This document shows, one piece after another, positions 7,874 through 16,961 of a stretch of DNA of 32,000 nucleotides (position 1 is its first letter; each line of letters starts with the position of its first letter). A model generated the notes under the pieces. That model saw nothing but the letters and a program-made list of their open reading frames with translations, searched no databases and was not told the origin of the DNA. The DNA is from Candidatus Saccharimonadota bacterium (lineage in GTDB: Bacteria > Patescibacteriota > Saccharimonadia > Saccharimonadales > UBA4665): the NCBI GenBank assembly GCA_002952755.1, contig CP025011.1, positions 1,260,001 to 1,292,000 of the forward strand. The letters are read 5' to 3'. Both the position numbers and the translations under genes were made by a program.

Positions 7874-8140
7874 TTATACAGCGTAGCCGGCGACCTCATT
7901 CATGAGAGGCAGCGGGACTCCTTGCCATACATTCAACACTGAACCGTCATCAGCGAGTGCCAAAATGGCAGGATATGACATGACATCGTATAGACTAGCG
8001 GTCGCCGCCCCATCACGCGTATTTAAACTGACCATCTCTATTTTCCGGCCAACATCAAATCGGTGCTGAAAATCACGAACAAAAGATTCGATATCTGTCG
8101 AATGATCAGAATCCGGTCTGTAAAGAATAAGCAACTTCAC
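7874..8140 (-). CDS. Small hypothetical protein (88 aa, Cys-free; alternating beta/alpha pattern hints at a thioredoxin-like fold, which is speculative)
   Basis: ORF with a GTG start, MKLLILYRPDSDHSTDIESF... It sits between the nrdJ terminator and the ileS promoter. I recognise no motif. Confidence 0.5.
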   Translation of the reverse strand: MKLLILYRPDSDHSTDIESFVRDFQHRFDVGRKIEMVSLNTRDGAATASLYDVMSYPAILALADDGSVLNVWQGVPLPLMNEVAGYAV

Positions 8141-8183
8141 TGCCCGAGCATAGCATAGTCTTTTTGACTAGTTCAACGCGAAC

Positions 8184-8218
8184 AAAAACCGTCCACTGTA
8201 TTAACAGGGACGGTTTTT
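8184..8218 (-). terminator. Rho-independent (symmetric A/T-flanked) terminator after nrdJ
   Basis: aaaaaccgtcc (8184-8194) / ggacggttttt (8208-8218) with a 13-nt loop, 18 nt downstream of the nrdJ stop. Confidence 0.75.
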
Positions 8219-8235
8219 GTTCCCTCCAGGGTCTA

Positions 8236-11025
8236 TTAACTGCAGCCAGTGGTTGAACCACAGCTCGTACAGACGTAGCAGCTACCCGCTCGCTGGGTTT
8301 GATTACCGCAGCTATAGCAGAGCGGCGCATGGGTGTCGGTCTGCACATCGGCCTTCTTTGGCGGAAGTGGTGCCTGATCAGTTTCGCTACTCATTACTGG
8401 TCGCTGGCCGCCCCCCTCAATCAGATGACTATCGGCAGATTGATCATCAGTAAGCAGGCTAGTCTGTTCTTCAGGCATATCGTCCAATGAGGCAAGTCCC
8501 AACTCCAACCGATCATCAAAGCTTAAGTAATCAAGAGCAAGACGCCGAGCTATATAATCAGTGATAGAGCTAGTAGTGCGGACCTCCAGGTCATCGGTAA
8601 TTCCGGACGGTGCAAAGCTGGTGCTCATCATTGCACGCACAAAACTCTTGAGCGGCACCCCGTACTGCAACCCATGACTCACCGATATGGCAAACGAATC
8701 CATGAGTCCAGATATGGTAGAACCTTGCTTGGCAACGCTCACGAATAGTTCACAAGGTGCGCCATCCTCGTACTCACCTACGGTAAAGAAGCCTTTTAGG
8801 TCGGCAACGCGGAATTTATACGTCTGGCTTTTACGCCGACGTGGAGGCAAACGACGTACAGCCCCTTTTACCACTATTCTATCGTTCAGCTTTTCAACCG
8901 ATGCAGCTGGCGATTCCTGGGCAGGCAGCGCGTCCTTCTTCTCAGCGTTCTTGTCGGTTGAAGACAGGGGCTGAGCAACCTTACAGTTGTCGCGGTAAAT
9001 TGCCACCGCCTTGATGCCCATCTTCCATGCATCGATATGTAGTTGCTCAACATCTTCAACCGTAACTTGTTCGGGCATGTTAACTGTCTTGCTAATGGCG
9101 CCGGAAATAAACGGTTGGACCGCCGACATCATCTTTACATGGCCAAGGTAGTGAATAGCATTATCGCCAACCGCACACGCGAATACGTCTCTATGCTCAG
9201 CCTTAAGATGAGGGGCCCCTGTAATACTGCTATTGTCGTGGATATGGGCAACAATGTCATCAATTTGCGGCTGCGTATATCCCAGCGCACGTAAGGCACG
9301 GGGCACCGTCTGATTCACAATAACCATACTGCCGCCACCGACCATATCCTTGTACTTAACCAGAGCAAAGTCGGGTTCGATCCCTGTCGTGTCACAACCC
9401 ATCATAAAGCCAATGGTGCCAGTTGGGGCCAATACGCTCGCTTGGGAGTTGCGTACTCCGTAGAGTTCGCCCAGTTCCACCGCTTCATCCCATGCTGATG
9501 TGGCGGCGCTCAATAACTCCTCCGAAATGAGACTGGCGTCAATATTGGAGACTTCTGCACGATGCATGCGCAACACCTTCAGCATGGCCTCACGGTCCTT
9601 ACGATACCCGGCGAACGGACCAACACGGCGAGCCATCTTAGCGCTCGTAGTATAGGCATGTCCAGTCATCAGTGCAGTAATGCCAGCCGCAATGGCTCGT
9701 CCTTCGTTCGAGTCGTAAGGCAGTCCCATAGCCATTAATAGAGCGCCTAAATTAGCGTAGCCCAGGCCAAGCTCACGGTATGCTTTCGCATTCTTGGTGA
9801 TTGACTCTGTAGGATAGGCGCTATAGCCGACAAGAATCTCCTGGGCAGTAAATACTAGTTCAACGGTATGTTTAAAAGCCTCGACATCAAAACGCACGTC
9901 ATCCCAGAACTTCAACAAGTTGATACTCGCCAGATTGCAGGCTGAGTTGTCGAGGTGCATATACTCGCTACAGGGATTACTTGCGTTTATACGACCAGCA
10001 TTCGGGGCTGTGTGCCATTTATTAATAGTTGTATCGAATTGCATACCCGGATCGGCACATTCCCAAGCAGCCTCGGCAATCTGACGGAAGATATGGCGAG
10101 CTTTGACCGTTTTGACTGTTTTACCGGTAGTAACTGCTTTGATGTCCCAATCGGCGTCATCAAGGACGGCTTGCATGAACTCATCAGTAACCCGGACTGA
10201 ATTATTGGCGTTCTGGTATTGAATGGAAAAAATGTCTTTGCCGTCGAGCGACATATCAAAACCAGCCTCTTGGAGCACTCGCGCCTTGCGTTCCTCGACT
10301 GCTTTGGCCCAAATAAACTCTTCTACATCAGGATGGTCGCCATTTAAGATAACCATTTTTGCGGCCCGACGTGTCTTACCGCCGCTTTTTATCGCCCCTG
10401 CAGACGCATCAGCACCCCGCATAAAGCTTAAAGGTCCAGAAGCGGTGCCGGCACTCTTGCCTAGCGGCTCTACCGAAGAACGAATAGAGCTTAAATTGAC
10501 CCCCGAACCGGATCCGCCCTTAAAAATCATGCCTTCTTCGCGGTACCAGTTTAGAATCGACTCCATCGTATCCTCGATACCCAAGATGAAGCATGCGCTG
10601 GCTTGTTGTGAACGTGCCGGTGCGCCAATATTAAACCAGACAGGCGAATTAAATGCTGCGCGCTGGGTGGCTAAGACGAACTTTAACTCTTCACGAAAAT
10701 CTTCGGCTTCTTCATCATTATCGAAATAACCCTCCTGCAACCCTTGCCTGGTAACCGTGTCAACAACACGATCTATAAGCTCTTTTAAGGAACTCTCACG
10801 CTCATTGGTGCCAGGAGTGCCTGTAAAGTACTTTTGGGCAACAATGTTAATAGAGTTTAAGGACCAACCCTCAGGAAATTCGACATCTTTCTGCTGAAAT
10901 ACCGGATTACCCGTCATCGGATTTTTCAGGAGTGACTCCTGTTTTGTCCATTTCAGTTGATCGTATGCCTTACTTTTTGGCGGGGTGAATAACCGCCCAA
11001 CCGTTACGCTGTTGGTTTGTCCCAT
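8236..11025 (-). CDS. nrdJ: Adenosylcobalamin-dependent ribonucleoside-diphosphate reductase (class II RNR)
   Basis: Long RNR alpha-type ORF with the active-site block NPCSEYMHLDNSACNLASINL, GGSGSGVNLS, and a C-terminal Cys-rich tail CYSCGNQTQRAGSCYVCTSCGSTTGCS typical of NrdJ-type enzymes. The start is probably the ATG at 11025 (GAGGG upstream); the track starts at the GTG at 11037. Confidence 0.88.
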   Translation of the reverse strand: MGQTNSVTVGRLFTPPKSKAYDQLKWTKQESLLKNPMTGNPVFQQKDVEFPEGWSLNSINIVAQKYFTGTPGTNERESSLKELIDRVVDTVTRQGLQEGYFDNDEEAEDFREELKFVLATQRAAFNSPVWFNIGAPARSQQASACFILGIEDTMESILNWYREEGMIFKGGSGSGVNLSSIRSSVEPLGKSAGTASGPLSFMRGADASAGAIKSGGKTRRAAKMVILNGDHPDVEEFIWAKAVEERKARVLQEAGFDMSLDGKDIFSIQYQNANNSVRVTDEFMQAVLDDADWDIKAVTTGKTVKTVKARHIFRQIAEAAWECADPGMQFDTTINKWHTAPNAGRINASNPCSEYMHLDNSACNLASINLLKFWDDVRFDVEAFKHTVELVFTAQEILVGYSAYPTESITKNAKAYRELGLGYANLGALLMAMGLPYDSNEGRAIAAGITALMTGHAYTTSAKMARRVGPFAGYRKDREAMLKVLRMHRAEVSNIDASLISEELLSAATSAWDEAVELGELYGVRNSQASVLAPTGTIGFMMGCDTTGIEPDFALVKYKDMVGGGSMVIVNQTVPRALRALGYTQPQIDDIVAHIHDNSSITGAPHLKAEHRDVFACAVGDNAIHYLGHVKMMSAVQPFISGAISKTVNMPEQVTVEDVEQLHIDAWKMGIKAVAIYRDNCKVAQPLSSTDKNAEKKDALPAQESPAASVEKLNDRIVVKGAVRRLPPRRRKSQTYKFRVADLKGFFTVGEYEDGAPCELFVSVAKQGSTISGLMDSFAISVSHGLQYGVPLKSFVRAMMSTSFAPSGITDDLEVRTTSSITDYIARRLALDYLSFDDRLELGLASLDDMPEEQTSLLTDDQSADSHLIEGGGQRPVMSSETDQAPLPPKKADVQTDTHAPLCYSCGNQTQRAGSCYVCTSCGSTTGCS

Positions 11026-11246
11026 AAGTACCCTCACTTTTTACACATAAGACGTCTCTCGTTATCTTATGCACTTACTTTATTGTTTTTAATTATTTGT
11101 TAGAGCCCAGAAAGCGAAACAATCTCTCAAAGTATCGCCAGCTCCCCCTTGAGCCTTGGTAGGCCCTATTTCCTTGTTATACCCCACCCTCTCCCAAAGG
11201 CACAAGTACAAGTTAGTGCAAAGGGGAACCGACGATCAAGACTTCT

Positions 11247-11717
11247 TTAAGAGGTCGTTGCCGTCTTTCGCTCTCTGATCTGCGAAAGCGCACGTTCGAA
11301 CCCTGCTATATCGGTAAAACGCCGATACACACTCGCAAAACGAACGTAGGCCACCTCATTCATGATCGCCAAACGCTCCATTATCATTTCACCTAAACGC
11401 GTTGTTGCCACCTCTGGTTCTCCGCAGCTGTATAGATTCTGCTCAATGTCGGCTACGAGCGCCTCAAGTTGAAGATTGGTTACAGGCGTCTTCTCGCACG
11501 CTCTGTATAGCCCCGCCAGCAACTTTTCCCGATTAAATAACTCTCTATTGCCATCATTCTTAATTACTATAAGCTGAGGACGCTCTACACGTTCATAGGT
11601 CGTAAAACGATAACCGCAATCAGGGCATGATCGACGACGTCGGATTGCCTGACCCTCGCTGGCGTCACGGGATTCGATCACTTTTGTATCATCACATCCG
11701 CATTGACTACATTTCAT
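11247..11717 (-). CDS. nrdR: Transcriptional repressor NrdR (zinc ribbon + ATP-cone)
   Basis: MKCSQCGCDDTKVIESR...CPDCGYRFTTYERVE zinc ribbon followed by an ATP-cone-like region. Size 156 aa. Confidence 0.92.
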   Translation of the reverse strand: MKCSQCGCDDTKVIESRDASEGQAIRRRRSCPDCGYRFTTYERVERPQLIVIKNDGNRELFNREKLLAGLYRACEKTPVTNLQLEALVADIEQNLYSCGEPEVATTRLGEMIMERLAIMNEVAYVRFASVYRRFTDIAGFERALSQIRERKTATTS

Positions 11718-11754
11718 GCGTACCCCCGTCTTTCTTTTGTTTTGAATGTACGAT

Positions 11755-11809
11755 CACTACATATAGTGCTTGTGGTTTAAATCATAGCTCTATTTATAGC
11801 GCCATGCAA
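11755..11809 (-). promoter_or_regulatory. nrdR-nrdJ promoter with two NrdR boxes
   Basis: Minus strand: -35 TTGCAT (11809-11804), 17 nt spacer, -10 TATGAT (11786-11781). Box 1 is CACTATATGTAGTG (11768-11755), just downstream of the -10. Box 2 is CGCTATAAATAGAG (11801-11788), inside the spacer. Both resemble the NrdR-box palindrome CACTATATATAGTG. Their centres are 33 bp apart. Confidence 0.65.
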
Positions 11810-11831
11810 CTATTTAAGGTTGTATTATTTA

Positions 11832-13157
11832 TTACGAAATACGCGTATTATCACCTTCGGGGTGATCATCATGCTCTTTATACCGTTTTGTGAGACGTCT
11901 TAGGAAGGATGGCTTCTCCAGTTCGGGGTCAGAATCTGCTGTGTCATCACTACTGTGAGTTGATGGGACCGCTGAAGGGGTAGCGTTTACTTCTGGGCTA
12001 GTATCGCTATCATCTAGCGTCCAAATGTTGGGCATGCCCGAATCAGGAGCTTTAAAATCCGTCGCCGCATCTTGCTGCTCATCAAGTGAGGTATCGATCT
12101 TCGAAAAATCATCATCAACTTTCGGCGATATAGGGGTAGGAGTCGGGGGGGCAACGGAAACAGAAGCGGCACCTCCGGCATCAGCGCGGCGATTCGTAAA
12201 ATATGAGGCGTCAAAGCCCGTGGCAACAACCGTTATAATTACCTCACCGTCGAGATCGGGACTAATCGTAGCACCAAATATGATGTTGGCATCAGCATCA
12301 GCAGCATTCGTAATGGTCTCTGCAGCCATATTAATCTCATGCATGGACAAATCATTACCACCGATGACATTAAAGAGAATGCCGCGAGCTCCATCAATGG
12401 ACACTTCGAGTAGTGGCGATTCAATCGCCTGCTGAGCAGCCTGCACTGCTCGATTCTCGCCACTTGCCCGACCAATACCCATGAGCGCCGAACCGGCGTT
12501 GCTCATAACCGCCTTTACATCGGCAAAGTCGAGATTAATCAGACCATGCACGGTAATAAGATCAGAAATCCCCTGCACTCCTTGCCTTAGCACGTCATCG
12601 GCGACTTTAAATGCCTCAAGCAGCGGCGTCTGACGGTCAATAGTCTGCAGCAAGCGGTCATTAGGAATAATAATAAGCGTATCGACACTCTTGCGTAAAT
12701 TCTCTATTGCCAGTTCCGCGTTTTTGCGACGCTTTTCGCCCTCAAAAGCGAAGGGCTTTGTAGCAAACCCAACCACTAAAATATTCATTTCTTTTGCTGC
12801 ACGAGCAACTACGTGGCCAGCACCGCTGCCTGTACCACCTCCCGCACCAATAGTGACAAAGATCATATCGGCGCCTTCAAGAGCCTTCTTAATCTCGTCG
12901 ATGGATTCTTCGGCTGCCTTTTGGCCAACCAAAGGATCGGCACCTGCACCTAAGCCCCTGGTCTCGTCTTTGCCAATATGAATCTTAACAGGGGCATTCG
13001 AATGATGGAGCGCCTGCGCATCGGTATTGATGATTATGAACTCTACACCCTCGACACCTGCATCCATCATACGCTGCACTGCGGCGCCCCCAGCGCCGCC
13101 GACGCCTATGACTTTAATGCGTGCGAATGTTTCTATAGCTGGTGCAACTTGAGGCAT
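11832..13157 (-). CDS. ftsZ: Cell division protein FtsZ
   Basis: Tubulin signature [25 protein letters not shown], and a disordered C-terminal linker. GGAGAGGG RBS upstream. Confidence 0.95.
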   Translation of the reverse strand: MPQVAPAIETFARIKVIGVGGAGGAAVQRMMDAGVEGVEFIIINTDAQALHHSNAPVKIHIGKDETRGLGAGADPLVGQKAAEESIDEIKKALEGADMIFVTIGAGGGTGSGAGHVVARAAKEMNILVVGFATKPFAFEGEKRRKNAELAIENLRKSVDTLIIIPNDRLLQTIDRQTPLLEAFKVADDVLRQGVQGISDLITVHGLINLDFADVKAVMSNAGSALMGIGRASGENRAVQAAQQAIESPLLEVSIDGARGILFNVIGGNDLSMHEINMAAETITNAADADANIIFGATISPDLDGEVIITVVATGFDASYFTNRRADAGGAASVSVAPPTPTPISPKVDDDFSKIDTSLDEQQDAATDFKAPDSGMPNIWTLDDSDTSPEVNATPSAVPSTHSSDDTADSDPELEKPSFLRRLTKRYKEHDDHPEGDNTRIS

Positions 13158-13192
13158 GAGCGACCCTCTCCAATCTTCACGTTATATGGTGC

Positions 13193-13221
13193 AGTATAGC
13201 CTAGCTACTCACTCAGTTCAA
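13193..13221 (-). promoter_or_regulatory. Candidate ftsZ promoter in the ftsA-ftsZ spacer
   Basis: Minus strand: TTGAAC (13221-13216), 17 nt spacer, TATACT (13198-13193). Confidence 0.4.
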
Positions 13222-13269
13222 CAAATTTGAACGGCCAGAATGGTACCCACTCTTAATGTATTCAAAAAA

Positions 13270-14505
13270 TCAGCGTCGAAAACGACGCAACAAACTATCG
13301 ACAAAATGTAGTGTTCGATCCGCGGCACCACTAGTATGCGTAGCGGTAACCTCGGGTAACAGTAGCATATCTAAGAGCATCAAACCAACTGCTGTACAGT
13401 ATGCAGGATCGCCCACAGTATCCACAAGGCCGCTCATAGGTTGCAGCTTACCGACACGCACAGCCAGTTGAAGCTGCTGCTTCGCAAAATCTGCAACACC
13501 GGGCAACTTGGCAGTTCCTCCGACAAGTATGACACCACCCGGCAATTTATGAGCTTTATGGATATGTGCCAGTTCTTTGTCGACATATTCGAACAACTCT
13601 TCGACGCGCGCCTCGGTAATCATAGCTATGTCTTCAGCTTTAAAGAAATAATCCTGGCTATGCATTTTGATTCTCACGTCGCGCTTCGCCACATTTGAAG
13701 ATAAGGTTGCAAATTGAACTTTTACAGCTTCAGCTACATCCAAATCAGTTCTTAGCCCAATCGCCAGATCGTTGGTGATATGCTGTCCGCCTATGGGGAG
13801 CACAGCCACATGTTGCACTTCGCCATCCTCGAGCACTACAAGATTCGTGGTACCGGCGCCAATATCAATAAGAGCAGTACCGGCTTCTTTTTGCTGGCGC
13901 TGTAATACGGCCTCTGAGGCAGCTAGGCTTGATAATGTACGGTTATGAACCGACACTTCGGCCTTTTCTAAAGCCATGTCCAAGTTACGTAAATTTGGAG
14001 TGGCAGCGGTTACAATATGCGTGTCTACTTCAAGACGAACGCCGTGCATGCCGACCGGGTCCTTAATGTTCTCTTGGCCATCAAGCCGATAGTTTTGTGC
14101 AAAAACTTGGATTATCTCTCTATTGGAGGGTAACTGTACAATGGCTGCAGCCTCTTCAACCCTTAAGCGATCGTCAGCAGTAATCTCCCGATTGGCAGAA
14201 CTAATAGCAATGACCCCCTTAGAGTTAAGTCCACTTACATGCGTACCGTTTATATTCACGGTTGCGCCTTGTATGCGGACCCCTGAGATGCGTTCAGCTT
14301 CAGTGACGGCGTGCGCTATGGCGTCAGCTGCGTCCTCGATATGTACCACGGCGCCCTTTCGCATGCCCATGTTGGGAGCGCTACCATGGCCGATTATTGA
14401 TAATTTACCGGGATTATTTGGATCGAGTATACCAATTACACATCGTACCGTGTTGGTGCCGATGTCAAGGCCGACATATGGTGTAGAAACGGATGACCCG
14501 TGCAT
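13270..14505 (-). CDS. ftsA: Cell division protein FtsA (actin-like ATPase)
   Basis: VGLDIGTNTVRCVIG phosphate-1 motif, IDIGAGTT, GGTAKLPG. 411 aa, directly upstream of ftsZ. Confidence 0.9.
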   Translation of the reverse strand: MHGSSVSTPYVGLDIGTNTVRCVIGILDPNNPGKLSIIGHGSAPNMGMRKGAVVHIEDAADAIAHAVTEAERISGVRIQGATVNINGTHVSGLNSKGVIAISSANREITADDRLRVEEAAAIVQLPSNREIIQVFAQNYRLDGQENIKDPVGMHGVRLEVDTHIVTAATPNLRNLDMALEKAEVSVHNRTLSSLAASEAVLQRQQKEAGTALIDIGAGTTNLVVLEDGEVQHVAVLPIGGQHITNDLAIGLRTDLDVAEAVKVQFATLSSNVAKRDVRIKMHSQDYFFKAEDIAMITEARVEELFEYVDKELAHIHKAHKLPGGVILVGGTAKLPGVADFAKQQLQLAVRVGKLQPMSGLVDTVGDPAYCTAVGLMLLDMLLLPEVTATHTSGAADRTLHFVDSLLRRFRR

Positions 14506-14551
14506 ATATGCACGCAGTATAGCGCTTACCCTTGGCCTAGAGCAAGCTTTC

Positions 14552-15307
14552 TTACACCTTGGTCAAGATTTCACACCCTGTTTTTGTGATAAGAAGCGTA
14601 TGTTCAAACTGTGCAGCGTAGGAACCGTCAACCGTAGAAAGCGTCCAGCCATCTCGACCTTCAAAGATTGCGGGACTACCCAGTGTAGCGATTGGCTCAA
14701 CGGCTATGGTCATACCAGCTTTCAGCACAGGACCCCGCCCTGCCCGCCCATAATTCGGTATCTCAGGGTCCTCGTGCAGCTGATGCCCCACACCATGGCC
14801 AACAAGTTCTCTTACAATCCCCAGACGGTATCTACGTAGCGTATGCTCAACTGTGGCAGATATGTCGCCTACATGACAGCCATGTTTGATAACTTTTATA
14901 GCTTCGAGCAGCGCCTGTTCGGTTCCTTTAAGAAGTCGGGCTGTATCAGTAGTTGTTTTATTGTCAACACAAACTGTGATACCACCGTCGGTAATCATCC
15001 CCTTATAACGGACTCCAAAGTCAAAATTGACAACGTCGCCAGCCTTAAAGGTGTACCCGTTAGGGATAGCATGCTGGACTTGATCGTTTACTGATATGCA
15101 AATAATGTCTGGGTATCCATAAAAACCCAGGAAAGCAGGTTCACCGCCTAGCCGTTCAAGTTCTTCATGGGCCAATATGGACATAGCCTTAGGCGTTAGC
15201 CCTGGCTTGCACCGTTCTCGCATAAGCTGCAAAACTGAGGCAAGCATCTTTCCGCTCTCACGCAATGCAGCAACCTCTTCGTCAGTCTTAATACGTATCA
15301 TATCCAA
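14552..15307 (-). CDS. map: Type I methionine aminopeptidase
   Basis: 251 aa with metal-ligand blocks (FDFG...D, HGVGHQLHEDP, EPIAT, FEHT). Confidence 0.92.
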   Translation of the reverse strand: MDMIRIKTDEEVAALRESGKMLASVLQLMRERCKPGLTPKAMSILAHEELERLGGEPAFLGFYGYPDIICISVNDQVQHAIPNGYTFKAGDVVNFDFGVRYKGMITDGGITVCVDNKTTTDTARLLKGTEQALLEAIKVIKHGCHVGDISATVEHTLRRYRLGIVRELVGHGVGHQLHEDPEIPNYGRAGRGPVLKAGMTIAVEPIATLGSPAIFEGRDGWTLSTVDGSYAAQFEHTLLITKTGCEILTKV

Positions 15308-15316
15308 AGTATAAGC

Positions 15317-15850
15317 CTACTCATCGACACAGCTAAGAACTGCGTCATGCACAAGTCGAGGATCCTGATCAGCATCTATATCGCAGACACGAGCACCCTC
15401 GTGGCGAAGATGATCTATAATCGGCAACGTAACAGATTGGTACTCACTGAATCGCTTAGCAATTGCTTCGTCAGTATCGTCTAAGCGTGCCCGGTTTAGA
15501 AGGCGTTTACGGACCACGTCTTCCGAAGCGGTAAGGTGAATGACGGCACTCAGCGAAAACCGTCCTTTATGCACCTGCTCAAGGAGCCAATCGGCCTGTG
15601 GCACTGTCCGCGGGAATCCGTCTAGAACGAACTCCTGTTTGGTGTCAATTAGCTCCAGAACCTTGTCCATTATATTGATCATCTCATCGTCAGATAGTAA
15701 TTTGCCTTGTAGCATTTCCTGACGACGCTTGCCAGTAACAAGAACTCGTAATATTTCTCCGGTCGAAATCCAGGCGTAGCCATGTTCGTCAGCCAGGATC
15801 TTTCCCTGCATGCTCTTACCCGAACCCGCAACCCCTGTCAGAATTATCAC
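15317..15850 (-). CDS. adk: Adenylate kinase, short (LID-less) type
   Basis: P-loop GVAGSGKS, STGEILR, LDGFPRT, R..DD..E.I.KR block. 177 aa, adjacent to map as in many bacteria. Confidence 0.8.
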   Translation of the reverse strand: MIILTGVAGSGKSMQGKILADEHGYAWISTGEILRVLVTGKRRQEMLQGKLLSDDEMINIMDKVLELIDTKQEFVLDGFPRTVPQADWLLEQVHKGRFSLSAVIHLTASEDVVRKRLLNRARLDDTDEAIAKRFSEYQSVTLPIIDHLRHEGARVCDIDADQDPRLVHDAVLSCVDE

Positions 15851-16299
15851 TATCGCAACCTTTCTTTCACTGCTGCTGCAATCCTACTGCCGTCAGCCTG
15901 GCCAGCAGTTTTTTGCTTTATGGTACTAATAACGGTACCTAGAGCAGCATCGCCATTCACACCTAAGCCCGCAATAGTCTGATCGATTAAGGAGATAAGT
16001 TCAGCGTCGCTTAACTGTGTAGGTAGATAGCCTTCAATGACCGCCTTTTCCGATAACTCTGCCTCAGCCCTTTCAGAATTCCCGCCCTGGCGATACAAAT
16101 CAGCACTTTCTTGGCGTTTTTTCGCTTCCCTGGAAAGCAAAATAACAATGTCCTTGTCTCCTAGGCCTTGCTGTCGCAGCCCCTTGGCAACTTCTTCGTA
16201 TAAAATGACACTCTTCAGACCTCTGAGGGTCGTTACGAGCGTCTTATTACCGGCCAGGAGTGCCGTTTTGAGATCCTGGTCAATACGAGCTTTGAGCAT
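15850..16299 (-). CDS. yqeY: GatB/YqeY domain protein
   Basis: MLKARIDQDLKTALLAGNK...SEKAVIEGYLP pattern typical of YqeY. It follows rpsU, the arrangement seen in Firmicutes. Confidence 0.8.
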   Translation of the reverse strand: MLKARIDQDLKTALLAGNKTLVTTLRGLKSVILYEEVAKGLRQQGLGDKDIVILLSREAKKRQESADLYRQGGNSERAEAELSEKAVIEGYLPTQLSDAELISLIDQTIAGLGVNGDAALGTVISTIKQKTAGQADGSRIAAAVKERLR

Positions 16300-16301
16300 T
16301 G

Positions 16302-16517
16302 CTAGCGTTGGCCGAATTTAATTTTCTTCAATTTAAGAGCTTTACGCTGTGCACGAATGATAGCTTTATTGCGCCGCTCGCGCTTGCTCATAGGCTTTTC
16401 AAAATATTGATTACCCTTAACAATGGCTACAACGCCAGCCTGCTGCACCTTACGATTAAAGCGGCGCAGGAGATTCTCTAACGATTCTTTCGAGTCTTTA
16501 CGTGTTACTTGGATCAT
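16302..16517 (-). CDS. rpsU: 30S ribosomal protein S21
   Basis: 71-aa basic ORF with ...SLENLLRRFNRKVQQAGV...FEKPMSKRERR... Confidence 0.88.
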   Translation of the reverse strand: MIQVTRKDSKESLENLLRRFNRKVQQAGVVAIVKGNQYFEKPMSKRERRNKAIIRAQRKALKLKKIKFGQR

Positions 16518-16562
16518 ATCTGTTTTATTCTAGCGTAACAGGGGCCTATTTGCAAGAAAAAG

Positions 16563-16856
16563 TTACACTACCTGCTGTTGCTTCTTTTGTGCCGCACGTT
16601 GCGACTTTAGAACGATGCTCTGCAGCTCCTTAAAGATAACAAATTGCTTATTTGTATGATAAATCTTCGTATTTCCCTGTTTTTCAGAGATAAGGAAGCC
16701 GACTTTCTCGAGACGCTTGAGCTCACGCTGGATATTGCCAGCATCTTCCTTGATAAGCTTAGCAAGGCCCCGTACGTGAGTTTTAAAATCGGGATATTTA
16801 GCATAAATCACAATGATTTTGCGTCGAACCCGTGAAGTGATAAATACATCTAACAT
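16563..16856 (-). CDS. Small winged-helix transcriptional regulator (ArsR/PadR-like size)
   Basis: 97 aa. The RGLAKLIKEDAGNIQRELKRLEKVGFLISEKQGNTKIY segment looks like an HTH plus wing. Confidence 0.6.
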   Translation of the reverse strand: MLDVFITSRVRRKIIVIYAKYPDFKTHVRGLAKLIKEDAGNIQRELKRLEKVGFLISEKQGNTKIYHTNKQFVIFKELQSIVLKSQRAAQKKQQQVV

Positions 16857-16924
16857 AAGCTATATTGTTATTCAAACAACGTACATAAAGTATAGCTGAG
16901 CCGCAAAGGCTTTTCAACACAAAT

Positions 16925-16955
16925 TTGCCACCTCTGCCCATAAAAAACATATAAT
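16925..16955 (+). promoter_or_regulatory. Candidate priA promoter giving a leaderless mRNA
   Basis: TTGCCA (16925-16930), 19 nt spacer, TATAAT (16950-16955), then 6 nt (gcgact) to the priA ATG at 16962. No SD is present. Confidence 0.4.
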
Positions 16956-16961
16956 GCGACT

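Noticed and set aside
11038-11246. Cobalamin riboswitch upstream of the B12-dependent nrdJ.
   Set aside because: I cannot find a B12 box (GCCACTG-like) or the conserved GGUG...AAUCC core. B12 repression of a B12-dependent enzyme would also be illogical.
14123-14839. 238-aa plus-strand ORF. The similar long antisense ORFs at 10223..10729, 21383..21868 and 21944..22381 fall in the same category.
   Set aside because: They are entirely antisense to ftsA/map, nrdJ and infB. They contain no motifs and are typical shadow ORFs of moderately GC-rich coding sequence.
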